Of a stretch of DNA of 32,000 nt, positions 21,051 to 30,264 are shown one piece after another. Position 1 is the stretch's first letter. Every line of letters starts with the position of its first letter. Source of the stretch: Candidatus Saccharimonadota bacterium (GTDB lineage Bacteria; Pseudomonadota; Gammaproteobacteria; Enterobacterales; Enterobacteriaceae); contig CP188086.1 in NCBI GenBank assembly GCA_049942765.1, positions 30,001-62,000 of the forward strand. Direction: 5' to 3'. The position numbers and the translations under genes were made by a program. Under the pieces are notes generated by a model, which was not told the origin of the DNA, ran no database searches, and saw only the letters and a program-made list of their open reading frames with translations.

Positions 21051-21701
21051 TTATTGAGCTCCATATTTTTTAATATATGTATATAATGGTTCTAGATGTG
21101 ATAGCATTTTTTTTTCTTGAATCATAAATTCTATTATATCTTGTATAGTAATAATAGAATATACAGGGCATAAGTATTTTTTTTTAATTTCTTGAATGGA
21201 AGAACAATGTTTATAACCTATTTCATTTCTATTTAATGCTACGATGGCTGTAGTTGTATATTTGTAATTATGAGTGGAATGTATTTCTTTAAAGATGGAT
21301 TGTATAGTTGTTCCGGCAGTTATTACATCATCGATAATAATTATATTTGAACATGGTTTAAAACCAATGATAGAACCAAGTTCTCCATGTGTTTTTTTTT
21401 CTTTACGATTAAATGAATAGGGGATGTTTAAGTTATATTTTTTTTTTAGTGCTATTGCAGTAGATACTGTGATTGGAATACCCTTATATGCTAGTCCAAA
21501 CAAACTATTACATGGGATTTTATAATTTATAATTGATGTAGCATAAAAATATCCTATTTTTTTTATATCATTTCCAGTATGAAAATTTCCTGTATTAAAA
21601 AAATAGGGACTGTTTCTTCCTGATTTTAATATAAAAGTCCCAAATTGTAATGCTTTTTTTTTTAAAGAAAATTCAATGAATTCTTTTTTAAAATCTAGCA
21701 T
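21051..21701 (-). CDS. pyrE: Orotate phosphoribosyltransferase
   Basis: 216-aa ORF. FIEFSLKKKALQFGTFILKSGRNSPYFFN...IIIDDVITAGTT shows the typical PyrE N-terminus and PRPP-binding motif. Confidence 0.93.
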   Translation of the reverse strand: MLDFKKEFIEFSLKKKALQFGTFILKSGRNSPYFFNTGNFHTGNDIKKIGYFYATSIINYKIPCNSLFGLAYKGIPITVSTAIALKKKYNLNIPYSFNRKEKKTHGELGSIIGFKPCSNIIIIDDVITAGTTIQSIFKEIHSTHNYKYTTTAIVALNRNEIGYKHCSSIQEIKKKYLCPVYSIITIQDIIEFMIQEKKMLSHLEPLYTYIKKYGAQ

Positions 21702-21782
21702 ATAATGTAGATCCTTTATGTTGATTTTTAAAAAAATATAGGATTACAAAGAACAATTTTTTATTTTTAGGTGTAAATATTT

Positions 21783-21855
21783 TGGCCCTTGCTGGATTTG
21801 AACCAGCGACCAAACGATTATGAGTCGATTGCTCTTACCCCTGAGCTAAAGGGCC
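21783..21855 (-). tRNA. ileX: tRNA-Ile2 (anticodon CAU, lysidine-type; formally Met-like anticodon)
   Basis: The reverse complement is GGCCCTTTAGCTCAGGGGTAAGAGCAATCGACTCATAATCGTTTGGTCGCTGGTTCAAATCCAGCAAGGGCCA. Acceptor stem is GGCCCTT/AAGGGCC and the T arm is GCTGG/CCAGC. Overall it is very close to E. coli ileX (GGCCCCTTAGCTCAGTGGTTAGAGCAGGCGACTCATAATCGCTTGGTCGCTGGTTCAAGTCCAGCAGGGGCCA). There is one T-T mismatch in the anticodon stem, and no CCA is encoded. Confidence 0.85.
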
Positions 21856-22001
21856 AAACAATAATATATTAAAACAAAAATAAATTTTAATCTAGTTATC
21901 TTTTTATACATTTTTATAAATATTTCAATATTATTAATATATAAATTATTGATGTGTTATGGTTTATTCTTGACTTTTAAATAGATTTTTGTTATAAAAT
22001 A

Positions 22002-22074
22002 TAACTAATATTCCTCTGTAGTTCAGTTGGTAGAACGGCGGACTGTTAATCCGTATGTCACTGGTTCGAGCCCA
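22002..22074 (+). tRNA. tRNA-Asn (anticodon GUU)
   Basis: TCCTCTGTAGTTCAGTTGGTAGAACGGCGGACTGTTAATCCGTATGTCACTGGTTCGAGCCCAGTCGGAGGAG is near-identical to E. coli tRNA-Asn, with a full cloverleaf. It is followed by CAG, not CCA. Confidence 0.93.
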
Positions 22075-22187
22075 GTCGGAGGAGCAGAGAATTTTTATTG
22101 ATCAATTTATTAAAATAATTTTTTATTGTTATTTCTGATAGTTATTTATATATGAATAATAGTTTTTAAACATTAATAGTTTGTTAT

Positions 22188-23609
22188 ATGAATATAAAAA
22201 AAACTTTTCTTTTTTATGATTATGAAACGTTTGGAGTTCACACTTCGTTAGATAAAATTTCACAATTTGCTTGTATTAGAACAGATTTCCAATTTAACAT
22301 AATTGGTGATCCCGTATTATTGTATTGTTATCCTCCTATAGATTATTTACCTAATCCAGATTCGGTACTAATTACTGGTATTACTCCTTTAGATATTCCC
22401 CATGATCATGGGATGATAGAATCTGATTTTTCAAAAAAAATTTATGATATTTTTAATAAACCAAATACTTGTATATTAGGTTATAATAATATTACATTTG
22501 ATGATGAATTTACTAGAAATTTATTCTATCGTAATTTTATTGATCCATATGAATGTTTTTGGAAGAATAATAATTCTAAATGGGATGTAATTAATATATT
22601 AAGAGCTTGTTATGTTCTTTCACCATCAGGTTTTAATTGGCCTGTTAATGATTTAGGGATGCCTATTTTTAGATTGAGTGATTTTTCTAAATTAAATGAT
22701 ATTGAACATGTTCATGTTCATAATGCGATGTCTGATGTATATGCGACTGTATCAGTTTTAGAAATATTAAAGATTAAAAAACCTAATTTGTTTAGTTTTT
22801 TATATTTTTATCGAAAGAAGAAAAGAGTCTTAAATTTTATTAATAATATGTTTTCTAAACCATTATTATATATATCAAATATATTTGGATCAAAAAACAA
22901 TAATGTTAGTATTGTAATTCCAATATTATGGCATCCTATTAATTCTAATATTTTAGTTGTTTTAGATTTAATGAAAAATATTGGTTTGTTATTAAATATA
23001 TTACATAATACTATGTATAGGTATAATACAACGTTAAGTCAGTTATTTACCTGTGGTATAGTTTTTGTTCATATTAATAAATGTCCTGTATTAATTAATG
23101 AATCTTATTTAACTAAGGATAATGCTAATCGTTTATCAATTTGTCAGTCTGTATATTTAAATAATTTAAAAATATTCCATAAATATATATTTTTTATAAA
23201 GAAAAAAATAACTGAATATTTTTTAGTTAATAAATTATTAATGGATTCTAATAATGTGGATATGCAATTATATAAAAATTTTTTTACGTATAAGGATCAA
23301 TCTCTTATAAAAATAATACGTTGTTGTACACCACAAGCGTTATCTCGTAATACTTATAATTTTAAAGATATACGGTTACATGAATTATTATTTAGATTCA
23401 GAGCTAGAAATTATTTTTGTACGTTAAATGCTCATGAAAAAATATTATGGAATCAATATTGTAGATCGGTTGTGACTTATGATAGATTTGATCAATATAA
23501 AAAAAACATTCAATTTTTATTAATAAAATATAAATTTAATATTAAAAAAATTTTTTTATTACGGAAATTATGGTTATATATTCAATATGTGATGAGTAAT
23601 ATTTATTAA
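22188..23609 (+). CDS. sbcB: Exodeoxyribonuclease I
   Basis: 473-aa ORF. FLFYDYETFGVHTSLDKISQFACIRTD...CILGYNNITFDDEFTRNLFYRNFIDPY...HNAMSDVYAT...VHINKCPVL is collinear with E. coli ExoI (FLFHDYETFGTHPALDRPAQFAAIRTD, CILGYNNVRFDDEVTRNIFYRNFYDPY, HDAMADVYAT, VHINKCPVL). Confidence 0.9.
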   Translation: MNIKKTFLFYDYETFGVHTSLDKISQFACIRTDFQFNIIGDPVLLYCYPPIDYLPNPDSVLITGITPLDIPHDHGMIESDFSKKIYDIFNKPNTCILGYNNITFDDEFTRNLFYRNFIDPYECFWKNNNSKWDVINILRACYVLSPSGFNWPVNDLGMPIFRLSDFSKLNDIEHVHVHNAMSDVYATVSVLEILKIKKPNLFSFLYFYRKKKRVLNFINNMFSKPLLYISNIFGSKNNNVSIVIPILWHPINSNILVVLDLMKNIGLLLNILHNTMYRYNTTLSQLFTCGIVFVHINKCPVLINESYLTKDNANRLSICQSVYLNNLKIFHKYIFFIKKKITEYFLVNKLLMDSNNVDMQLYKNFFTYKDQSLIKIIRCCTPQALSRNTYNFKDIRLHELLFRFRARNYFCTLNAHEKILWNQYCRSVVTYDRFDQYKKNIQFLLIKYKFNIKKIFLLRKLWLYIQYVMSNIY

Positions 23610-23706
23610 TAAAAATAGTGTTTTTTTAATCTTTGGTTGATTATTTATCTTTTATTATTTATGTGATGATTAATTATATTTCAATTGTTATCTTTATATT
23701 TATTTT

Positions 23707-23961
23707 TTAGTTTTCATGATGAAATAAAAAGTTAATCATTTCTTGTTTTAGTTTGTCTCTATCTTGTTTAATAAGTGTATTTATTTTTTTTTCATTAATA
23801 ATTTTAGTTTGAATATTCAACCATTTTTTCCAAGCTTTTTCAGATATTTCATTAAAAATTTTTTTTCCAAGAAGTCCTGGGTATGTGTTAGAGGATAGTC
23901 CTGGTAAAATACAATTAAAGAATTTGCAGTAAATCATGCGTTTGATTGTTTTTTTATTCAT
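23707..23961 (-). CDS. yggX: Fe(2+)-trafficking protein YggX
   Basis: YPGLLGKKIFNEISEKAWKKWLNIQTKIINEKKIN...KLKQEMINFLF matches E. coli YggX [35 protein letters not shown]...LLEQEMVNFLF. ATG 23961 overlaps the mutY stop by 8 nt. The alternative start ATG 23937 (MIYCKFF) is also plausible. Confidence 0.85.
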   Translation of the reverse strand: MNKKTIKRMIYCKFFNCILPGLSSNTYPGLLGKKIFNEISEKAWKKWLNIQTKIINEKKINTLIKQDRDKLKQEMINFLFHHEN

Positions 23962-25006
23962 ATATATGATTGCAATTTATAATTTTTTTTAAGATGGTTT
24001 TAATTGGTGTAGGTATACCAATAATATATTGTGGTTTTTGAAAATTATACCATATATGATTAGGTAATATATCTTTAATTATTGGTTTTGAAGATATTTT
24101 TATAAGTATATTATTTAAAATTAGTTGAAAAGTAGTTACATTACATTTAAATATGGGTAAATATAACATATTTTTAGTATCTAGTTCATTTTTTTTTATC
24201 CAAAAAAATAACATTTTTTGAGTTTCAAATATAGGAAAAGTAAATAGTTCATTCCATAAGTATTGTTGATTTATTTTATTTAGTAAAAATGAGTTGTTGT
24301 ATTGAATAATTATACCAAATAAATATTTTTTTATTTTTTTTTCTTTTTTATTTTTTTTAGGATATTGATGCCATAATGCATGTTTATAAGATAAACATGA
24401 TTTGTTTAGTGGACAATGGTTACATTTGGGATTATTAATGGTACAGATTAAAGATCCTACGTCCATTATTGCTTGGTTAAATTTATCTGTATGATATATT
24501 GGTGTCAATCGTTCTATAATGTTCCATAAAATTTTTATAGTACTTGTATTACTCATGTTTCCATGTATTAAATATATTCGAGATAAAATTCTTTTAACAT
24601 TACTGTCTAAAATTGGAAAATAATAACCTAAAGAAAAAGATAAAATAGCACCAGCTGTTGTTTTTCCTATTCCTGGTAAATTAATAATGTGGTGATAAGT
24701 ATCAGGAAAACATCCATTATATTTTTTTATGATGATTTTTGCAGTCTTATGAATATTTTTAGCTCTATGATAGTACCCCATACCACTCCATATATTCATG
24801 ATTTGGTCTAAAGAACTATTACCTAATATTGTAATATTTGGAAAATATTGTATAAATTTATTATAATAAGGAATAACTGTTTTTACTTTTGTTTGTTGTA
24901 GCATAATTTCTGAAATCCATATTTCATATAGATTTTTATTTTTCCAAGGTAAATTTTTTCTTCCATGGTCGTGGAACCAATTTAAAATTAGTTGTGAAAA
25001 TATCAT
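23954..25006 (-). CDS. mutY: Adenine DNA glycosylase MutY
   Basis: 350-aa ORF. NLPWKNKNLYEIWISEIMLQQTKVKTVIPYY...PGIGKTTAGAILSFSLG..FPILDSNVKR and the 4Fe-4S ligand pattern C-x6-C-x2-C-x5-C (CTINNPKCNHCPLNKSC) are collinear with E. coli MutY. Confidence 0.92.
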   Translation of the reverse strand: MIFSQLILNWFHDHGRKNLPWKNKNLYEIWISEIMLQQTKVKTVIPYYNKFIQYFPNITILGNSSLDQIMNIWSGMGYYHRAKNIHKTAKIIIKKYNGCFPDTYHHIINLPGIGKTTAGAILSFSLGYYFPILDSNVKRILSRIYLIHGNMSNTSTIKILWNIIERLTPIYHTDKFNQAIMDVGSLICTINNPKCNHCPLNKSCLSYKHALWHQYPKKNKKEKKIKKYLFGIIIQYNNSFLLNKINQQYLWNELFTFPIFETQKMLFFWIKKNELDTKNMLYLPIFKCNVTTFQLILNNILIKISSKPIIKDILPNHIWYNFQKPQYIIGIPTPIKTILKKIINCNHIYE

Positions 25007-25118
25007 TGTTTATCGTTTTACAATATTTTGTATATATTCGATCAGTGAAAAATAAATAATTTATTAATTATTATATAAATTAGATTGTAATAATTTTTTA
25101 GTTGATATAGAGAATATT

Positions 25119-25850
25119 ATGTTAAATAAAAAAATATGTTGTATGAAAAATGTATTAAATAATGATTGTTTATCTAAATTTAAAATAACTACTTCACGTA
25201 GAGGTAGATTAACTAGATCACATATTAAAGCAATTGAAGAATTTTATCCAGTTTTTTGTATTCCTTTTCAACATAAAGTGTTAGATTTTGTTAAAATTTT
25301 TTGTCGTGTAGCTCCTATATGTATAGAAATAGGTTTTGGTACAGGGGAAAATTTATTACATATAGCTAGACAATATTCTGAGATAAATTTTGTAGGAATA
25401 GAAGTTTATTGGCCTGGGATTGCTGTTTGTTTAAAGAAAGTTAATTTAATGAATTTAAAAAATTTAAGGATTATTTGTTATAATGCTTGTGATGTAATGA
25501 AATTTATGATTTCAGATAATCAAATTCAATATATTCAACTATTATTTCCTGATCCTTGGCCAAAACGAAAACATCAACATAGAAGAATAATAGAACCTGG
25601 TTTTCTTTTATTATTAGGTAATAAATTAAAAAAATATGGTATTTTGCAGATATCAACCGATTGGGAATCTTATGCTGTTGATATTATAAATTATGTAAAG
25701 CAAATAAAGTGTTTTTTGTATTGTAATAATATGAATCAAGATGAATTAATATCTCGTATAGAAACTAAATTTGAAATTAAAGGTAAAAAATTAGGTCATA
25801 AAATTTTTGATTTAGTGTTTCAGTATATTGGTGGTAAAAATTTTTTTTAG
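25119..25850 (+). CDS. trmB: tRNA (guanine-N7)-methyltransferase
   Basis: RRGRLTRSHIKAIEEFYPVF...IEIGFGTGENLL...FVGIEVYWPG...LLFPDPWPKRKHQHRRI...STDWESYA matches E. coli TrmB ([56 protein letters not shown]). The alternative start ATG 25143 (MKNVLNN vs E. coli MKNDVIS) cannot be excluded. The gene is divergent from mutY, as in E. coli. Confidence 0.9.
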   Translation: MLNKKICCMKNVLNNDCLSKFKITTSRRGRLTRSHIKAIEEFYPVFCIPFQHKVLDFVKIFCRVAPICIEIGFGTGENLLHIARQYSEINFVGIEVYWPGIAVCLKKVNLMNLKNLRIICYNACDVMKFMISDNQIQYIQLLFPDPWPKRKHQHRRIIEPGFLLLLGNKLKKYGILQISTDWESYAVDIINYVKQIKCFLYCNNMNQDELISRIETKFEIKGKKLGHKIFDLVFQYIGGKNFF

Positions 25851-25900
25851 AATTAATTTATATATATAAATTATTTGATTTTTTGTTTTTGTTATTATTT

Positions 25901-27043
25901 TTATTGATTTTTTACAAATATTTCTAATAAATTGTTTAAAAAAAGTTTACCTTTACGAGTAGTAGTCCAATGTGTTTTAGTTTGTGTAAGATAATTTTGT
26001 TGCATGGCTTCTTGGATTTCATTTTTTATAGTGGTAGGATTGATATGTGTTCTATTTTGAAATTGTTTTTTGGAAATAGGTGAAAATAATCTTAAAGAAT
26101 TAATAAAATATTCAATGATTCTATCTTGTTTGTTGACATAATATAATTTTTCAATATATTGACCTTGTGTAAAATGAAAAATTTGTTTTTTTTTAACAAT
26201 ACGTGTAATAGATCCATTATGGTTTGTAATTTTACTGTGAGCACTACATCCTATTCCTATATAATCACCATAATTCCAATAATTTAAATTATGTTGACAT
26301 TGGTATTCTGGTTTAGAGTATGAAGATATTTCATATTGTATATATCCTGATTTTTTTAAAAAAACGTTTCCATGTTTAAATATTTTCCATAAATTATTTA
26401 TGGATGGTAGATTTGGTTTTTTAAATGCAAATACAGTATTCGGTTCAATAGTTAATTCATACCAAGAAATATGGTGAGGAGAGTATTGAATTGCAGTTTG
26501 TAGATCTAACAAACTATGATGTAAAGATTGTTGTGGTAATCCATGTATTAAATCTAAGTTAAGATTAATGGAATTATATTTCAAAGCCATTTCTATAGCT
26601 TTATGTGATTCTTTAGAAGTATGATTTCTACCAATTATTTTTAAATGATTTGAATTAAAGCTTTGTATTCCAATTGATATTCTATTGATTCCAGCATCTT
26701 GATAATTATCAATATATGAGATTTCTTTTATTTTAGGGTTTATTTCTATTGTTATTTCTGCATGTTTTGATATTGAGATAATATTTTTGATAGAATATAA
26801 TAATTTTTTTATATAATGTGGTTGTATTAAACTAGGTGTGCCTCCACCAATAAAAATGCTATGGATTGTTCTATCTTTAATTAATTTGGCGCTGGTTTCT
26901 AAATCTTTTAAAAGATGGTAGATATATTTTTTTTCTGGAATCGTATGTTCTGTAACGTAAGAAGTAAAATCACAGTAAAAACATTTTTTTATACACCAAG
27001 GGATATGGATATATAAACTAATAGGTGGTAGTGTCTTTTTCAT
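25901..27043 (-). CDS. hemW: Radical-SAM heme chaperone HemW (YggW, HemN-like)
   Basis: LPPISLYIHIPWCIKKCFYCDF (CxxxCxxC radical-SAM motif), IFIGGGTPSL, INRISIGIQSF, HISWYELTIEPNT and YQCQHNLNYW are collinear with E. coli YggW/HemW. Confidence 0.9.
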   Translation of the reverse strand: MKKTLPPISLYIHIPWCIKKCFYCDFTSYVTEHTIPEKKYIYHLLKDLETSAKLIKDRTIHSIFIGGGTPSLIQPHYIKKLLYSIKNIISISKHAEITIEINPKIKEISYIDNYQDAGINRISIGIQSFNSNHLKIIGRNHTSKESHKAIEMALKYNSINLNLDLIHGLPQQSLHHSLLDLQTAIQYSPHHISWYELTIEPNTVFAFKKPNLPSINNLWKIFKHGNVFLKKSGYIQYEISSYSKPEYQCQHNLNYWNYGDYIGIGCSAHSKITNHNGSITRIVKKKQIFHFTQGQYIEKLYYVNKQDRIIEYFINSLRLFSPISKKQFQNRTHINPTTIKNEIQEAMQQNYLTQTKTHWTTTRKGKLFLNNLLEIFVKNQ

Positions 27044-27129
27044 AATTGTTTATTTAGATTATTATTTCGAATATTTAATATATGTAATATATTGTAATAA
27101 ATATATGTATGTAATTACCATTATATGGT

Positions 27130-27537
27130 CTAATGGTTAGATAACCAACTTTCTAAAATCAGAGTGGCTGACATAGCGTCAATTTTTTTTTTTTTTAGAG
27201 ATTTAAAGCCATGTTTATAAAATAGAATAGATTTTGCTTCTCTTGTACTGAGTCTTTCATCATGCATATGAACTGTAATATTGAATTTAGTATAAATATT
27301 TTTTGCAAATTTTTCGGTTTGGTAAGTAATATGTTGTTTTGTACCATCCATATTTAATGGTAATCCAATTATAATGATTTTAGGTTTCCATTCTAATAAT
27401 ATTTTTTTTATTTGATTCCAGTATGGTTTTCCATTTTTTGCTGTTATAGAAGTTAATGGTCTGGCTGTAGCAGTTAATTGTTGACCAATTGCTACTCCAA
27501 TATTACTTGTACCAAAATCAAAAGAGATTAAGAGCAT
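27130..27537 (-). CDS. ruvX: Putative pre-16S rRNA nuclease / Holliday-junction-resolvase-like protein YqgF
   Basis: ATG 27537 gives MLLISFDFGTSNIGVAIGQQLTATARPL, matching E. coli YqgF ...[26 protein letters not shown]. Also conserved are IIIGLPLNMDGT and HDERLST. The track's start at 27549 is a GTG four codons upstream. Confidence 0.9.
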   Translation of the reverse strand: MLLISFDFGTSNIGVAIGQQLTATARPLTSITAKNGKPYWNQIKKILLEWKPKIIIIGLPLNMDGTKQHITYQTEKFAKNIYTKFNITVHMHDERLSTREAKSILFYKHGFKSLKKKKIDAMSATLILESWLSNH

Positions 27538-27654
27538 GATTATTTCCACTTTGTGAGAATACGGATGTATATATTATTTTTGTAATATTAATTTTTTTAA
27601 TTTAAAATATTTTTTATTATATTTTTATTAATTTATTAAAATTTTGTTAATTGT

Positions 27655-28608
27655 TTACTTTTTATCAAGCTTTTTTTCTATGGCATTTAATATTAATTTT
27701 GTAATGCATATATCAGATTTAGTTTGAATTTCGCATATACAGGTAGGACTAGTAATGTTTATTTCAGTTAATTTTGTTCCTATTACATCTATTCCAACAA
27801 TTATTAGTCCTTTTTCAATAAGAAAAGGGGATAGTATTTTTGCTATTTTAAAATCATTTTCATTTATTTTTTGTACTTTACCGATACCACCAGCTGCTAA
27901 ATTACCTCGAGTTTCTCCTGTTGGAGGGATTCTAGCTAAGCATAATGGAATAGGTTGTCCATCAATGATTATAATTCTTTTATCTCCATATATAATATCT
28001 GGAAGATATTGTTGAACTAAACAGAAATGTGTATTGTTTTTTGTCATGGTTTCAATAATAACAGAGACATTTGGATCTAATATTTGAATACGAAAAATAG
28101 AGTTGCCACCCATTGCATTTAATGGTTTAATGATAACATCTTGATGTTTATTTATAAAATTTTTAATTTGTATATTATTTTGAGAGATTAAAGTATCTGG
28201 TATAAGGTCTGGAAAGTATGTAGTATATATTTTTTCATTACAATTTCGTAGATTACTAGGTTTGTTTACAATTAAGACACCTTCTTGTTCAGCATGTTCT
28301 AAAATGTATGTAGCATAAATAAATTCCATGTTTACGGGAGGATCTTTTCTCATAAAAATAACATCTAAATTGGATAGAGGTATGTCTAATTCATCGACAA
28401 AATGAAAATGTTTTTCTTGTGTATTATTTATGAATAGTATCTTAGTCTTAGCATAAGCTTTGTTATTTTTTAAATATAGATTATGTAGTTCCATATAATA
28501 AATATTGTATTTTCTTTTTTGTGCTTCTAGTAAAATAGCAAAACTGGAATCTTTTTTTATATTAATTTGATCAATAGGATCCATAATGATCCCGCATTTT
28601 ATATTCAT
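27655..28608 (-). CDS. gshB: Glutathione synthetase
   Basis: ATG 28608 gives MNIKCGIIMDPIDQINIKKDSSFAILLEAQ, matching E. coli GshB MIKLGIVMDPIANINIKKDSSFAMLLEAQ. Also conserved are LARIPPTGETRGNLAAGG and LTEINITSPTCI. The track's ATG 28629 adds 7 non-homologous codons. Confidence 0.93.
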   Translation of the reverse strand: MNIKCGIIMDPIDQINIKKDSSFAILLEAQKRKYNIYYMELHNLYLKNNKAYAKTKILFINNTQEKHFHFVDELDIPLSNLDVIFMRKDPPVNMEFIYATYILEHAEQEGVLIVNKPSNLRNCNEKIYTTYFPDLIPDTLISQNNIQIKNFINKHQDVIIKPLNAMGGNSIFRIQILDPNVSVIIETMTKNNTHFCLVQQYLPDIIYGDKRIIIIDGQPIPLCLARIPPTGETRGNLAAGGIGKVQKINENDFKIAKILSPFLIEKGLIIVGIDVIGTKLTEINITSPTCICEIQTKSDICITKLILNAIEKKLDKK

Positions 28609-28899
28609 ATAATTAGTTTTTAATAGCATTGTTATTTTTTATAATAATAACATGATTAATGTATATTCGGTATATCAAATAATTATGTTATATATAAAAT
28701 AATATGTGTTTTAAATAACATTAGATAAAAATATTTTTTATTATAAGAGTAATATTTTTATTATTTATATGAATTAAAATTAATAGTTATGTAAAAAAGA
28801 TTACATTTTATTTTATTCGTAATTGTATACATCAATGTAGGTATAAATGAAGTTGATATTTATTTTTAAATAATTTTTTGGTTTTTTTGATGTAATGGA

Positions 28900-30264
28900 T
28901 TACTGATCAGAATTATGCAAACCTGAATAGTTATCAAATCTTGACCAATGTCCATTGAAAGTTAGTCGAATAGTTCCAATTGGACCGTTTCTTTGTTTTC
29001 CAATAATAATTTCTGCTATACCTTTTAAATCGCTATTTTCATGATATAATTCATCACGATAAATAAACATGATTAAGTCAGCATCTTGTTCTAAAGAACC
29101 AGATTCTCTTAAATCTGAATTAATTGGTCTTTTATCAGAACGTTGTTCAAGTGAACGATTTAATTGAGATAGTGCAATGATAGGAACTTCAAGTTCTTTT
29201 GCTAAAGATTTTAAATTTCTGGATATTTCTGCAATTTCTAATGTTCTATTATCAGATAATGAAGGTACTTTTATAAGTTGTAAATAATCAATCATAATTA
29301 GACAGAGACCTTTGTGTTCTTTATATATTTTTCTAGATCGAGATCTAATTTCACTTGTAGTTAATCCAAAGGTATCGTCTATATAAATATTTTTCTTTTT
29401 TAGCAAAATGTTAATTGTACCAGAGATTCTAGCCCAATCTTCATTGTTAAGTTGTCCTGTACGTATTTTAGTTTGATGAACACGAGATAATGAAGATAAC
29501 ATACGCATCATAATTTGTTCACCAGGCATTTCTAAGCTAAAAATTAATACTGGTTTTTTATATATCATAGATGCGTTTTCACATATATTCATAGCAAATG
29601 TTGTTTTTCCCATTGATGGTCTTGAAGCTATAATAATTAAATCAGATTGTTGTAGCCCAGAAGTTTTTTTATTTAATTCTTGGTAGCCAGTGTTTATGCC
29701 GGTAATTCCGTTGTTAGGGTTAGTAAATAATTGTTCTATGTTATTAATGGTTTTATCTAAAATTTCTTCTATGTTTTTAGGTCCTGAGTGTTTCTTTGAT
29801 CTTTTTTCTGTAATTTTAAATATACTAGATTCTGCAAAATCTAATAGTTCATCACTTGTTTTTCCTTGAGGGTGGAAACTAGCATTGTTAATAGCAGAAG
29901 TAACGTTAATGATATCTCTTATTATAGCTCGTTCTTTTACTATATTAGCATATGCAGTAATATTAGCTGTGCTAGGTGTATTTTTAGATAGTTCAGCTAA
30001 GTATGAGAATCTTCCTACTTGTTCTAGTTTTCCATGTTGTGATAATGATTCTGAAAGTGTAATTAAATCAATTGGTTGACCAAGTTGTAATAGGTATTGC
30101 ATTTCTTTAAATATTATTTGATGAGCTATACTAAAGAAGTCAGATTCTACAATATGTTCTGAAACAACATCCCATTGTTCATTATCTAGCATTAGACCAC
30201 CTAACACTGATTGTTCAGCTTCTAAAGAATAAGGTAAAATTTGTACATTATTTATTTTTTTCAT
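28900..30264 (-). CDS. dnaB: Replicative DNA helicase DnaB
   Basis: 454-aa ORF. PYSLEAEQSVLGGLMLDNEQWD, ARPSMGKTTFAMN (Walker A), IDYLQLI, ALSQLNRSLEQRSDKRPINSDLRESGSLEQDADLIMFIYRDELYH and GKQRNGPIGT are near-identical to E. coli DnaB. Confidence 0.97.
   Translation of the reverse strand: MKKINNVQILPYSLEAEQSVLGGLMLDNEQWDVVSEHIVESDFFSIAHQIIFKEMQYLLQLGQPIDLITLSESLSQHGKLEQVGRFSYLAELSKNTPSTANITAYANIVKERAIIRDIINVTSAINNASFHPQGKTSDELLDFAESSIFKITEKRSKKHSGPKNIEEILDKTINNIEQLFTNPNNGITGINTGYQELNKKTSGLQQSDLIIIASRPSMGKTTFAMNICENASMIYKKPVLIFSLEMPGEQIMMRMLSSLSRVHQTKIRTGQLNNEDWARISGTINILLKKKNIYIDDTFGLTTSEIRSRSRKIYKEHKGLCLIMIDYLQLIKVPSLSDNRTLEIAEISRNLKSLAKELEVPIIALSQLNRSLEQRSDKRPINSDLRESGSLEQDADLIMFIYRDELYHENSDLKGIAEIIIGKQRNGPIGTIRLTFNGHWSRFDNYSGLHNSDQ

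Noticed and set aside
25854-25873. A 20-bp perfect palindrome taatttatatatataaatta between convergent trmB and hemW. Similar all-A/T hairpins include attgtatt-ggaa-aatacaat at 8643-8662 and atgatatcat at about 9739-9748.
   Set aside because: These are pure A/T, (TA)n-cored palindromes, which are expected at high frequency in spacers of this composition. They have low predicted stability and no supporting context. They were noted but not called as terminators.
27755-28015. 86-aa + strand ORF.
   Set aside because: It is antisense to gshB, a shadow of its conserved ATP-grasp region.
29885-30079. 64-aa + strand ORF.
   Set aside because: It is antisense to dnaB.
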